Part shown: positions 28,119 to 37,257 of the stretch, in pieces | Position numbering within the stretch: the stretch's first letter is position 1 | Layout: the number at the start of each line of letters is the position of its first letter | Sequence record: OR142618.1 | Length of the DNA stretch: 64,000 nt | Direction: 5' to 3' (one strand) | The notes under the pieces: model-generated | Databases searched by the model: none | What the model saw: the letters and a program-made list of their open reading frames with translations, nothing else | Told to the model about the DNA's origin: nothing | Position numbers and translations under genes: made by a program

Positions 28119-28376
28119 ATGGATTTTAGTAATCTTCCTAAGAAACAATACACCACTACAGGAAACTATGTACAGGCTACTACTATTTTTAAAAATAAAA
28201 ATACAGAATGGACTTTTGTAGATCTAGAACTAGATTTATCTGATATTGTAAATAAATCTTTGGTAATTTGGTGTGATGAAAACGTAGAATCTAAATGGAC
28301 CATGCTCGGCGGATCTAAATTTGGGTTCGAAGATGGCTCGGAAGCGCTAATGTTCAAATTACAGTTTGGACTTTAA
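28119..28376 (+). CDS. Small paralog-family protein (WCxE...W...F..GSEALMF.L)
   Basis: RBS AAGGAG; motif shared with 11953 and 28501. Confidence 0.65.
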   Translation: MDFSNLPKKQYTTTGNYVQATTIFKNKNTEWTFVDLELDLSDIVNKSLVIWCDENVESKWTMLGGSKFGFEDGSEALMFKLQFGL

Positions 28377-28391
28377 TAGGAGCTAATAACA

Positions 28392-28592
28392 ATGATGAGC
28401 CTAGATGATAAATTGCAAATTATAAATTCTTCTAGTTTAGAAGATTTGTATATTTTCCAAGAAACTTACAGTAAGCTATTAGAAGATAATAGGTATTGTT
28501 ATGATAAAGATGTTGAAATACTTTGTTCAACAACTAATGAGCGTATTAGGCAAATCTCACGAGAATTCATCAACAATACGCATAGATCCTAA
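28392..28592 (+). CDS. Hypothetical protein
   Basis: 66 aa, AGGAG RBS. Confidence 0.55.
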   Translation: MMSLDDKLQIINSSSLEDLYIFQETYSKLLEDNRYCYDKDVEILCSTTNERIRQISREFINNTHRS

Positions 28593-28758
28593 TCCCCACA
28601 CTGCAGAAACATTACACAAACTTATACTCTGGTGTAATGAAAATTGTAGATATAAATGGGAATTAGATGTAGAACATAATTCGGGTAAAATTACTAGATA
28701 TATATTTACTTTTAGAAATAAAGAAGAAGCAGTAACATTTGGATTAATACATAAATGA
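28501..28758 (+). CDS. Small paralog-family protein (WCNE...W...F.NKEEAV.F.L); start uncertain
   Basis: Motif shared with 11953 and 28119; overlaps upstream ORF so true start is probably later. Confidence 0.55.
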   Translation: MIKMLKYFVQQLMSVLGKSHENSSTIRIDPNPHTAETLHKLILWCNENCRYKWELDVEHNSGKITRYIFTFRNKEEAVTFGLIHK

Positions 28759-29789
28759 TTAGAATACCGGAAGAAATTTTTGTAGGAACTAGAATTCCCA
28801 ATACATCAGGAACACAAAAAACTAACCAAATTCCTGCAGGTGGAATGTGTCCTTACGAAAAAACAAGACACCAGAAAATGGAGTCTATAAATAGATATTA
28901 TAAAAATAGCACTACTGTATACGCAAACCAGCCCTTGCCGGGATTTACTATAATTAAATCATCAACTTGGCGAGGAAATACTAGTCTGTGGACTGTATGT
29001 GATCCTAGAGGGTTTACAATAGAGATAAGCTCAAACAACATTACTTCTATTCTAAGTTGTGGCAGCATCTCAGAAGGATTAATCCAAGACAAATGTGTGT
29101 GGGGATATGATTCTGGTGAAAACGTGTTAATACCGGAATCGTCTAGTCTATATAAATCTGCCAGAGAAAATACTAAACTATTAGAGTCGAAAATTAAATT
29201 ATCCGAAGTTCCTATAGGATCTTGGGTGAAATTAAAATCTAAAGTAGAGTGCGTATATCTAGGATCATTTAATTTTATAGAACTTTGCGGACAATATTAT
29301 TATCAAACTAAGAGTCATTCATATGAATTACTATCTACTGCAAAGAAAAAATTGCTCTTTGCAAAAATAGATAATATTAGTAATACATTAACATATTTTA
29401 TAGAATCTACAAATAAGATTGCAACTGTAGGTAATGTATTAGACGAGTTTAGTGACAAAGATGTAAATAGGGATAATTTTAATAAAATTGCATCAGATCA
29501 ATACACTAAACTAGACAAATACGATTGTATTGTGCCTTTTAATATCTTTGGTGCATTTAACAAAAAAGTAGAAATAGAAAATGTAAATGTATCTAGTGAT
29601 ATAGACGAACATGCATATTCTATAAAATTAATGTACCACGTAATGGGACATTTTACACTTGGTAGACGCAATTATAATTATTATATATTTAAACCGGATG
29701 GCACGCATAAATTATCTGTAGAATGGAATTCTAGAAATCCATTGCCAAGTACAACAGAACACGGATATTTGAATATTAAATTTAAATAA
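28755..29789 (+). CDS. Hypothetical protein
   Basis: 344 aa; DPRGF.IEIS..N motif. Confidence 0.65.
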   Translation: MIRIPEEIFVGTRIPNTSGTQKTNQIPAGGMCPYEKTRHQKMESINRYYKNSTTVYANQPLPGFTIIKSSTWRGNTSLWTVCDPRGFTIEISSNNITSILSCGSISEGLIQDKCVWGYDSGENVLIPESSSLYKSARENTKLLESKIKLSEVPIGSWVKLKSKVECVYLGSFNFIELCGQYYYQTKSHSYELLSTAKKKLLFAKIDNISNTLTYFIESTNKIATVGNVLDEFSDKDVNRDNFNKIASDQYTKLDKYDCIVPFNIFGAFNKKVEIENVNVSSDIDEHAYSIKLMYHVMGHFTLGRRNYNYYIFKPDGTHKLSVEWNSRNPLPSTTEHGYLNIKFK

Positions 29790-30268
29790 TGAACATATTA
29801 GATAAAAAATGGAAAACCAGGTTAATAGAATTAACTAAATTAATAGCGTCTTGGTCTAAAGATCCATCTACTAAAACGGGTGCATTAATTGTAACTAAAA
29901 CCGGAGAACCTGTTAGTTTTGGGTTTAATGGGTTTCCGAAGGGAGTAGATGACGACGAATCTCTTTATAATAATAGAGAGTTTAAGTTATTAGCGTGCGA
30001 GCACGCAGAACGAAATGCAATATATCAAGCTACTGTATCATTAAAAGGATGTGTTTTATATACAACTCATCATCCGTGTGCATCTTGTGCAAGGGCTATT
30101 ATTCAGTCCGGAATAACACATGTTATAATAGACGAATCTATATTAATACAAGACACTGGATATAATGACCGATGGACAGAAGAATTAAAAGTATCTAAAT
30201 GGCTATTTAATCAAGCAAACGTAACAGTATTAACGTCAGGGGATGACAACAATGAGCACAAACAATAA
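29789..30268 (+). CDS. dCMP deaminase
   Basis: SKDPSTKTGA, GFNG, HAERNA, PCASC. Confidence 0.92.
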   Translation: MNILDKKWKTRLIELTKLIASWSKDPSTKTGALIVTKTGEPVSFGFNGFPKGVDDDESLYNNREFKLLACEHAERNAIYQATVSLKGCVLYTTHHPCASCARAIIQSGITHVIIDESILIQDTGYNDRWTEELKVSKWLFNQANVTVLTSGDDNNEHKQ

Positions 30269-30653
30269 TTATACTAAATTTGTACAGAAACTACTTAGTG
30301 AACCGAGTTCTAATTTTGATGCATATATCGATGCACTAAAAAAGCTCAAAGCAAATGGCTGTAAGATAGAAACATTAGATACTGCAAGCCAAGGTATGCT
30401 AGCAGAATCGGGTGAATTTGGGGAAATTGTTAAGAAACTTAAATATCAAGGAAAAGAATATACAGATGATGTAGTATATCATCTAAAACGAGAATTAGGC
30501 GATGTAATGTTCTATGTTGTTTCGGCTTGTATTGCACTCGATATTTCCCTAGATGAAATAATTGGCATGAATGTAGAAAAACTAGAGGCACGGTATCCGG
30601 GAGGAAAATTTAATGTCTATGAATCCGAAGTTCGGAAAGAATCCGATATATAA
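30243..30653 (+). CDS. MazG-like nucleotide pyrophosphohydrolase
   Basis: GMLAESGEFGEIVKK, RELGDVMFY, NVEKL..RY. Confidence 0.88.
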   Translation: MTTMSTNNNYTKFVQKLLSEPSSNFDAYIDALKKLKANGCKIETLDTASQGMLAESGEFGEIVKKLKYQGKEYTDDVVYHLKRELGDVMFYVVSACIALDISLDEIIGMNVEKLEARYPGGKFNVYESEVRKESDI

Positions 30654-31050
30654 CAATATTTATAAAGATATAAGTGGTCAAAGCGACGTATCTAGTGATC
30701 CATTTAAATTATATAATAATCCGTTAATGACTCATTTTGATGTAGCAGAACACATATGTTTTGTCAAAACAGTATGCGGAAGGATTGTACCGTTATGCAA
30801 TATATTAGAACTTTCTGAAAAAGTTACAGTCGATTGCGACGTAGGAATTGTGGATATAATCTCAGATAACCAAGCGCAGCTTTATATAAATTGCAAAACA
30901 CAGGGAGGATCTGCATGGTATGGTGTTGATGTGTCACCTGATAATTATAGAGAATGTTTAGGTGAGGAATTCTATTATCAAAATTATGCTATAGTGAAAC
31001 ATGCAATTATCTTGGCTTGGACAAAATATATGTTGCAACATGCGCAGTAA
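30613..31050 (+). CDS. Hypothetical protein (start uncertain)
   Basis: ORF track; overlaps mazG. Confidence 0.45.
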   Translation: MSMNPKFGKNPIYNNIYKDISGQSDVSSDPFKLYNNPLMTHFDVAEHICFVKTVCGRIVPLCNILELSEKVTVDCDVGIVDIISDNQAQLYINCKTQGGSAWYGVDVSPDNYRECLGEEFYYQNYAIVKHAIILAWTKYMLQHAQ

Positions 31051-31097
31051 TAATATATTATAAGTACAAATCAACATAACTACCGGGTATCAACGCA

Positions 31098-31367
31098 ATG
31101 TCTACGAACAGCAACGCCAAGGATGTTAAGTTCGAAATCGACTTCGACGACGTTGAGCAGTTTAATAAATTTGTTTCTTTTATGAACAGTCAGTTTGGTC
31201 ATGGTAGAAAAAATTGGTCGGCAGGATCGCCGCGGTATTCTATTAAACGGATTCTCTCGCAACGTTCTGCCCGGTTTGTTAGAACTAAAAAGCCGTTTCC
31301 GGTTCGTGTGTACAATACCGACATGGATGCTGAACATATTCTTGTTCTAATAAAACTTTGTTTATAA
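31098..31367 (+). CDS. Hypothetical protein
   Basis: 89 aa, higher GC; TTGCAA-17-TATTAT at 31033-31061 upstream. Confidence 0.6.
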   Translation: MSTNSNAKDVKFEIDFDDVEQFNKFVSFMNSQFGHGRKNWSAGSPRYSIKRILSQRSARFVRTKKPFPVRVYNTDMDAEHILVLIKLCL

Positions 31368-31642
31368 TAAAAGGTAAAGGAATGAAAGTATTAGTCACGG
31401 AAGACTCAACAATAATACCACTAAACACAATTGCCGAAGTTAAGTACCAGAAATCCACGGAAGAGTATGTAGTTTCTTTTATATCTGGAAAAATTAGAAT
31501 AGAAATTCTAACAAAATATGGGCGTACTCATATAGTAAATTTAAGGGATCAATCGAATATAGATGCATCATTTGCTACTGCTAGTGATGAAGTTATTTAT
31601 AAAAAATTTCTAGATTCGTGGATTTTGTCGCTGAAACCTTAG
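31358..31642 (+). CDS. Hypothetical protein
   Basis: Probable ATG at 31382 after AAGG. Confidence 0.5.
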   Translation: MFIIKGKGMKVLVTEDSTIIPLNTIAEVKYQKSTEEYVVSFISGKIRIEILTKYGRTHIVNLRDQSNIDASFATASDEVIYKKFLDSWILSLKP

Positions 31643-31875
31643 GCAACTTTTTGAAAAGAAAGATGCTAAAAATTACGATTAAATCTGATTATAATAATAC
31701 AAGAAAAATTAGAAAATGGCTATTTACTGAGTTTAGAAATGATATAGGGTGGCACGACATGTTTAAAGACGGAGAACGATACGAAGTATTTTATTTTAAT
31801 TCACCCGAATCTGAAATAATAGCTAGGATAAAATACCCATATATATTTATTAATGGAATATCAGAAAGAACATGA
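31618..31875 (+). CDS. Hypothetical protein, distant member of small paralog family
   Basis: KWL....W...VFYFNSPESE.IAR.KY. Confidence 0.5.
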   Translation: MDFVAETLGNFLKRKMLKITIKSDYNNTRKIRKWLFTEFRNDIGWHDMFKDGERYEVFYFNSPESEIIARIKYPYIFINGISERT

Positions 31876-32207
31876 AAAAATTATATTCCGATTATTTAGT
31901 ATCTGAAGATAATCCCTTGATGTACATGAGCACTAAACCTGTTTATTATAGTAGATGGTCGCCTGCTTGTAAGGATTACTCTAGTGATGAAATAGATTCA
32001 TATAGAAGAAAAATAGTTAATATAATAAAAGACATGCGCCGGACTTCTGAATTCGTCGGAGTAGCTATAGACGCCAATGACTTCAAATATATTGCTTTTA
32101 AGAATCACGACGATGCTGTGTATTTTACTCTAAGTGTTGGATCTGAATTTACTAGAGTATATGCATGGCGCACTGGTTTACTTTTTCATATAACGACAAA
32201 TGACTAA
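31872..32207 (+). CDS. Hypothetical protein, distant member of small paralog family
   Basis: YIAFKNHDDAVYFTL. Confidence 0.55.
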   Translation: MKKLYSDYLVSEDNPLMYMSTKPVYYSRWSPACKDYSSDEIDSYRRKIVNIIKDMRRTSEFVGVAIDANDFKYIAFKNHDDAVYFTLSVGSEFTRVYAWRTGLLFHITTND

Positions 32208-32502
32208 ACACTGGGACCTATCAAAGTATTCTGTAGATATAGGCGGCGAAGACGGAAATGTATTTTTCCTTGTGGCAAGAATAAAACGAATAATACAAGA
32301 ATTATATTCTTCAGAAGATTCTATAATATTTGCTAAAATGGCTTGGTTTAAAGATTATGAAGCCATTGGGATCGATGCGAAACCGACATACTCAGATATA
32401 CTAAACAGAATTATAGAACTTACAAATATTACCTACATTAGTACATATAAATTGCCACTAGACGACGTACATTATACGCTTTATACTACGCATATACTTT
32501 AA
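32200..32502 (+). CDS. Hypothetical protein
   Basis: GEDGNVF motif seen in small phage proteins. Confidence 0.55.
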   Translation: MTKHWDLSKYSVDIGGEDGNVFFLVARIKRIIQELYSSEDSIIFAKMAWFKDYEAIGIDAKPTYSDILNRIIELTNITYISTYKLPLDDVHYTLYTTHIL

Positions 32503-32524
32503 TAACCGCCGCTGGAGACATGCA

Positions 32525-33025
32525 ATGGCAACTGTGAACCAAAAAAATACTTCTGTAAATGCCCAAGCTACCGATGCAAATGCAGATCCACTAGCGCACC
32601 GCAAGGTAATCGGGGAAAAAGAGAAAAAAGCTATTGCTCGTAAAATGCGAGTATTGCGACTGAAATATTTTTTCGCCGAATTAAAGGAAAAAATTTGCAG
32701 TATTCGTTTTACTAAACATCATCTAATTCATTGGCGAAATACTATGTGGCTCAACGCTGCATTTTTTCTCCGCGGCTTAGTAGGGATTATGACCTTCGGC
32801 CTTGTTGAGTTAGAACTAACTGGCAAACCGTCTACTTACCGAGCTGTTTCTGCTGCTGTGCTCCGAGAGAACCTGGAGCGACAGCTAGCAGAGACAGAAG
32901 CATATAAGTCCGGAGAACAAGTCCTAGTAGGTACTAGTAGTTCGGATTCAAAACGGCAAACAGTTGCCGATGCGAGTGAAGATGAGTTGGACGACTGGCT
33001 CAAGCACTTTTCCGGACGCAGCTAA
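32525..33025 (+). CDS. Hypothetical protein, GC-elevated
   Basis: GGAG RBS; 166 aa. Confidence 0.6.
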   Translation: MATVNQKNTSVNAQATDANADPLAHRKVIGEKEKKAIARKMRVLRLKYFFAELKEKICSIRFTKHHLIHWRNTMWLNAAFFLRGLVGIMTFGLVELELTGKPSTYRAVSAAVLRENLERQLAETEAYKSGEQVLVGTSSSDSKRQTVADASEDELDDWLKHFSGRS

Positions 33026-33038
33026 GACCTGCATAGTT

Positions 33039-33080
33039 GTAAAAGGGCACTTGACAAGTGCCCTTTTTTTGCCATATAAT
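33039..33080 (+). promoter_or_regulatory. Terminator hairpin containing the -35 box of the next sigma70 promoter
   Basis: AAAAGGGCACTT-GAC-AAGTGCCCTTTT; TTGACA 33051-33056, TATAAT 33075-33080 (18-nt spacer). Confidence 0.75.
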
Positions 33081-33100
33081 ATAGGAAAAGGAATTTCTAT

Positions 33101-33397
33101 ATGATTAACGGCGATTGGTCTAAATTAACAGATGAAGAATTGCAGTCTAGATTGATGAAAGCAAGGGAATATTTAAATCAAGCACATATGGCTGGCCATC
33201 ATACATTAATACACAGTGTAGAAATAACACTGGCACAACTAGAAGAAGAATACGAATACAGGATGACCAAGGCACGTAATGAGCAATTAACAAAAGAAAA
33301 TATGGCAAAAGGTATAGATCCCCTTGCTCCTATTAATTTAGGTAAAGTATCGGGTGACCCAACTGCATTAGACCGTATAACAAAAAGGAACAAATAA
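33101..33397 (+). CDS. Hypothetical protein
   Basis: 98 aa, AAGGA RBS. Confidence 0.6.
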   Translation: MINGDWSKLTDEELQSRLMKAREYLNQAHMAGHHTLIHSVEITLAQLEEEYEYRMTKARNEQLTKENMAKGIDPLAPINLGKVSGDPTALDRITKRNK

Positions 33398-34105
33398 ATG
33401 TTTGCTGACGTACAAGGGTTTTATTCTTTTAAAAGAAAATTTAAAACACACGTTCTTACTTCTGTATTAAAAGAAACTGAATGGGAAATTATAATTGGAT
33501 TCGTTCCTGCAAAGGATGCAAGCAACGGAGAAGATTTAATTGATTTTGAAGTTCAAAAAAATATAATAGATTACTGGATTTCTAATTACGTAGAAGGCAG
33601 TATTATCGTTGATATGAGCGATACTAGAATTTCTATGTTGTATGATATAGCAGAAAATAACATAATAGGTGTTCCTAGTTTTCCTAAAGATTTAAAAACG
33701 CTAGCAATGGTTTTTCATTCTAAGATTTCATCTATAACAGATGGTAAGCTATCTATAGGCGACATTATTATATCAGACGATAGTAATTTTAGTTACACAT
33801 TTGGAAAACATGTAGATGAAATATACGATCTTCCTACAATAGACGATATGTTTCCTAATGAAGATGAAAAACCTATATGGGACGTGCCGTGGTGGGATAG
33901 GGTTGATGTAGATACATTTGATTATGTTCCTGATTTAGAAAATCGTACATTAGAAGAAGTACAAATGTCTGTTTGTACAAGACATGTGTTAAATGATATT
34001 AACGATAAGTTCGAAGCTGCAATAAAAGAAGAATTGGGTATAAATGTAGAAGCTGAAGACAATGTTGTAGACATAGTTGATGTTTTAAATGAACGACAAA
34101 TATAA
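33398..34105 (+). CDS. Hypothetical protein
   Basis: 235 aa, acidic, coupled to DnaE fragment gene. Confidence 0.65.
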   Translation: MFADVQGFYSFKRKFKTHVLTSVLKETEWEIIIGFVPAKDASNGEDLIDFEVQKNIIDYWISNYVEGSIIVDMSDTRISMLYDIAENNIIGVPSFPKDLKTLAMVFHSKISSITDGKLSIGDIIISDDSNFSYTFGKHVDEIYDLPTIDDMFPNEDEKPIWDVPWWDRVDVDTFDYVPDLENRTLEEVQMSVCTRHVLNDINDKFEAAIKEELGINVEAEDNVVDIVDVLNERQI

Positions 34106-34598
34106 TAGAAAAGAAATAACTATATCAACAGGCATAAATATCCTTTTGCAAGGGAACCAGCTGGGAGATCCACTCTTTGTTGACAACGAAGACATAAACA
34201 AGTATAATATGCACGTAGAACAAGTGTTAGGGTTGCATAAACTTAATACAACGAAACACTTAACCTGTTCTGTTGATGAATTTCATGAAAAAATGTCTTC
34301 AGAATGGTTTATGCCACCGGAATTTAAAAATATAGATATAGATTCTTTTATATTAAATTTATGTGACACTAATGCACAAAAAGAAAGAGTATTAATGGAA
34401 CTGAAACTCTTTCAAGAACGCGGTTTATACAATATGCTAAGATTTATGATATATTTTGTATCATATATGAGGGAAAATTGCCTTATCTGGGGTGTGGGTC
34501 GCGGGTCTAGTGTTGCATCTTATGTATTATTTTTAATAGGCGTGCATAAAGTAGATTCACTAAAATATAATTTAGATATAAAAGAATTTCTAAAATAA
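34089..34598 (+). CDS. Stand-alone fragment of DNA polymerase III alpha (DnaE)
   Basis: ERV..EL..F...G...ML, GVGRGSSVASYVLFLIG...VD.LKY.L...EFL; stops before the PDID catalytic motif. Confidence 0.8.
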   Translation: MNDKYNRKEITISTGINILLQGNQLGDPLFVDNEDINKYNMHVEQVLGLHKLNTTKHLTCSVDEFHEKMSSEWFMPPEFKNIDIDSFILNLCDTNAQKERVLMELKLFQERGLYNMLRFMIYFVSYMRENCLIWGVGRGSSVASYVLFLIGVHKVDSLKYNLDIKEFLK

Positions 34599-34610
34599 AA
34601 GGAGTTAATT

Positions 34611-34952
34611 ATGCAAAAAAAATCTAACAATGGCGTATTAGTAGATATGGATTCACTCCGTATTCAAAATGAAAATGTAGTTGCAGTAGGAAACATGAAT
34701 GTTAACGCAAAAGGCGACAAGTTGGGTCCAGGCGGCGAAATTATAGAAACTGCCGCCGAGCGAGTTCACAGATACCATTCTGAACATCAAACAGAAACTG
34801 CAACAGCTTCTATCAAACCCAATCTAGATGAAGAAGATGAGCACGAAGAAGTAGTACAACCTAAAAAAGTTACAAAAGAAAAACGTAAGAAAGAAATTAT
34901 AGATGACGAAGGGAACATTACTATAACAGAAGATAGTAATAAAGATATTTAA
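34611..34952 (+). CDS. Hypothetical protein
   Basis: AAGGAG RBS; AVGNMNVNAKGDKLGPGG. Confidence 0.65.
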   Translation: MQKKSNNGVLVDMDSLRIQNENVVAVGNMNVNAKGDKLGPGGEIIETAAERVHRYHSEHQTETATASIKPNLDEEDEHEEVVQPKKVTKEKRKKEIIDDEGNITITEDSNKDI

Positions 34953-34953
34953 A

Positions 34954-35280
34954 ATGAATATAATACCACTTCATAACAATATTATTGTAACTAATTTTAA
35001 AAAAGGCGAACGCACGGTAGGCGGTATTATTTTTACAGATGATAACGGTAAGTCACACGGCATCCGCGCTCGGTGGGCACAAGTATCCCATATAAGAGAA
35101 GATCAAAAAGATACATTTGTTGTAGGCCAATGGGTGTTAATTAAGCACGGTCGCTGGTCCCGTCCAGTACACACTACAGATCAAAATGTATATTACTGTG
35201 CTGAAATAGATTCTATTTTATTGATATCCGATGAAGAGCCAGAAGACAATATAATAGTAGAAACACGAGTTTATAATTAA
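34954..35280 (+). CDS. groES: GroES-like co-chaperonin
   Basis: I.PL.NNIIV, T.GGII mobile loop, VG..VL, I.L. Confidence 0.75.
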   Translation: MNIIPLHNNIIVTNFKKGERTVGGIIFTDDNGKSHGIRARWAQVSHIREDQKDTFVVGQWVLIKHGRWSRPVHTTDQNVYYCAEIDSILLISDEEPEDNIIVETRVYN

Positions 35281-35293
35281 GGCATAATATCTA

Positions 35294-36223
35294 ATGAAAG
35301 AATTATGGACAGAAAAATATCGTCCTAAAAAAGTAGAAGATTACGTATTTACTAGTGAACAACAAAAGAAGCAAGTACAAAGTTGGATAGACAATAAAAG
35401 TATTGGAAATCTTTTGCTTACTGGTACGCCCGGTGTAGGCAAAACTACTTTAGCCAGGTTACTGTTAAATGAATTAGGAGTAATAGATGCCGATTGTCTG
35501 TTCATTAACGCATCTAGAGATAACGGTGTAGATTTTATTAGGGACACAGTTAGTGGATTTGCTTCTACATTACCGTTCGGCGATTTTAAATATATTATAC
35601 TAGATGAGTGCGACCATTTAAGTATAAATGCACAAGCAACACTTCGTGGAATATTAGAGCAATATTCAAATTCTTGTAGATTTATTCTTACAGGTAATTA
35701 TCAAAATAAAATTATCCCTGCATTACACAGTCGTTGTCAGAGTTTCCACGTAGAAAAAGTAGATGAAGTCGAATTTACTACACGAATGGCGACTATACTT
35801 TTAAATGAAGGCATTAGTTTTGAATTAGAAGTGTTAGACGATTTCGTAAAATCTACGTATCCTGATCTTAGAAAATGCATTAATGTACTTCAGCAGAATA
35901 CAACTAGTGGTGTATTAGAAATACCGCAAGCATCTAGTGTAACAACAGAAGATTATAAGATTAGTGCAATTGCTCTGTTTAAAAATGGAAAATATTCCGA
36001 AGCAAGGCAACTTATATGTAAACAAATACGACAAGAAGAGTATGATGATATGTATAGGTTTATGTATGATAATTTAGATCTTTGGGGTGATACTGATGAT
36101 CAAAAAGATAGTGCAATTCTTATTATTAGAAATGGCTTATCTAAACACTCATTAGTTGCTGATCCGGAAATAAACTTATCAGCAACAATTATAGAACTAG
36201 AACGAAACAGACGAGGACTTTAA
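35294..36223 (+). CDS. Clamp loader AAA+ subunit (T4 gp44/RFC-like)
   Basis: WTEKYRP, GTPGVGKT, INAS, ILDECD, LHSRC, DLRKCIN. Confidence 0.93.
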   Translation: MKELWTEKYRPKKVEDYVFTSEQQKKQVQSWIDNKSIGNLLLTGTPGVGKTTLARLLLNELGVIDADCLFINASRDNGVDFIRDTVSGFASTLPFGDFKYIILDECDHLSINAQATLRGILEQYSNSCRFILTGNYQNKIIPALHSRCQSFHVEKVDEVEFTTRMATILLNEGISFELEVLDDFVKSTYPDLRKCINVLQQNTTSGVLEIPQASSVTTEDYKISAIALFKNGKYSEARQLICKQIRQEEYDDMYRFMYDNLDLWGDTDDQKDSAILIIRNGLSKHSLVADPEINLSATIIELERNRRGL

Positions 36224-36224
36224 T

Positions 36225-36587
36225 ATGGTTTCAACTAAACGAGCATACATTGTACTGACTCATCGATATTCACTAAAGAAATACACTAAAGACCAATGGG
36301 AAGTAACAGAAGAGTGTTCATTTCTTAATAAATTGCCGAATTCTGTGTTGCTTCAATCGTCTGTTATTTTAGATGCAAAGACAGAAACTGTATATAAAAA
36401 TAGAACAGAAGGCAATGCATCATATAACGAAATTGCAAAATATGTTGCCGAAAAATATCCCATTCAGTTTGGGCAATTTTATAGCCTTTTAGGTAAAGAG
36501 AATCCATTTGCAATAAAAGAATCAAATACTGCCAGCGAAGAAACCACAGAACCCGAAAATAGCGAGACAGAATCTAGTGAGCAATAA
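36225..36587 (+). CDS. Hypothetical protein
   Basis: 120 aa ORF in operon. Confidence 0.55.
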   Translation: MVSTKRAYIVLTHRYSLKKYTKDQWEVTEECSFLNKLPNSVLLQSSVILDAKTETVYKNRTEGNASYNEIAKYVAEKYPIQFGQFYSLLGKENPFAIKESNTASEETTEPENSETESSEQ

Positions 36588-37173
36588 TCTTATACTAGTA
36601 GATGTTGATGGTGTACTTTTAAAATGGTATCCCGAATTTTTAAATTTTTTGAAATCTAAAAACCTTATACCGCAAGATAGTAATATTGTTGCATCTACGT
36701 ATGATATGGCATCTGACTTAAAATTAGATAAAGATGCCATTAATGAACTTATAACAGAGTTTAATAATTCTAGTGCAATGCGATATCTGTCTCCCATGGA
36801 TAACGCAGTAGATGCTATTAATAAATTAAAAGATAAAGGATTTAGTTTTGTTGCTATTAGTAGCTTAAGTGGGAAAGAACATGCACTATATAATAGAAAA
36901 TACAATATCTCTGAAGTATTCGGCAAAGAAGTGTTTGATGAAGTCCACTGCATAGAGCCTGGACTAAGTAAAGAAGAATTGTTAAAGAAATATTCTAAAG
37001 ATGCAATTCTCTGGATAGAAGACCATCCAGGTAACGCAGAATTAGGTCACAAACTCGGTATAAAAACTGTTCTTGCACTTCATCCTCATAATACAAATGT
37101 AAAAACTTCTAAAAATATTATAAGGATTGATATAGACAAACTTTGGACCGAAATAGAAAATATTGTAAACTAA
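36577..37173 (+). CDS. HAD-family phosphatase (5'(3')-deoxyribonucleotidase-like)
   Basis: DVDGVL, SS, K, WIEDH. Confidence 0.8.
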   Translation: MSNNLILVDVDGVLLKWYPEFLNFLKSKNLIPQDSNIVASTYDMASDLKLDKDAINELITEFNNSSAMRYLSPMDNAVDAINKLKDKGFSFVAISSLSGKEHALYNRKYNISEVFGKEVFDEVHCIEPGLSKEELLKKYSKDAILWIEDHPGNAELGHKLGIKTVLALHPHNTNVKTSKNIIRIDIDKLWTEIENIVN

Positions 37174-37175
37174 CA

Positions 37176-37209
37176 AAAATAAAACCCTAACTAGTTAGGG
37201 TTTTATTTT
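37176..37209. terminator. Perfect 34-bp palindrome terminator
   Basis: AAAATAAAACCCTAACTAGTTAGGGTTTTATTTT. Confidence 0.85.
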
Positions 37210-37227
37210 GGGTTTAATAATTAGACA

Positions 37228-37257
37228 AAATAAAAGGGGCATATGCCCCTTTTATTT
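37228..37257. terminator. Perfect 30-bp palindrome terminator at phoH end
   Basis: AAATAAAAGGGGCATATGCCCCTTTTATTT. Confidence 0.85.

Noticed and set aside
31080-31337. Minus-strand 85-aa ORF opposite 31098-31367
   Set aside because: The plus-strand ORF fits the operon direction and the upstream promoter; the minus ORF is a shadow of GC-richer codons
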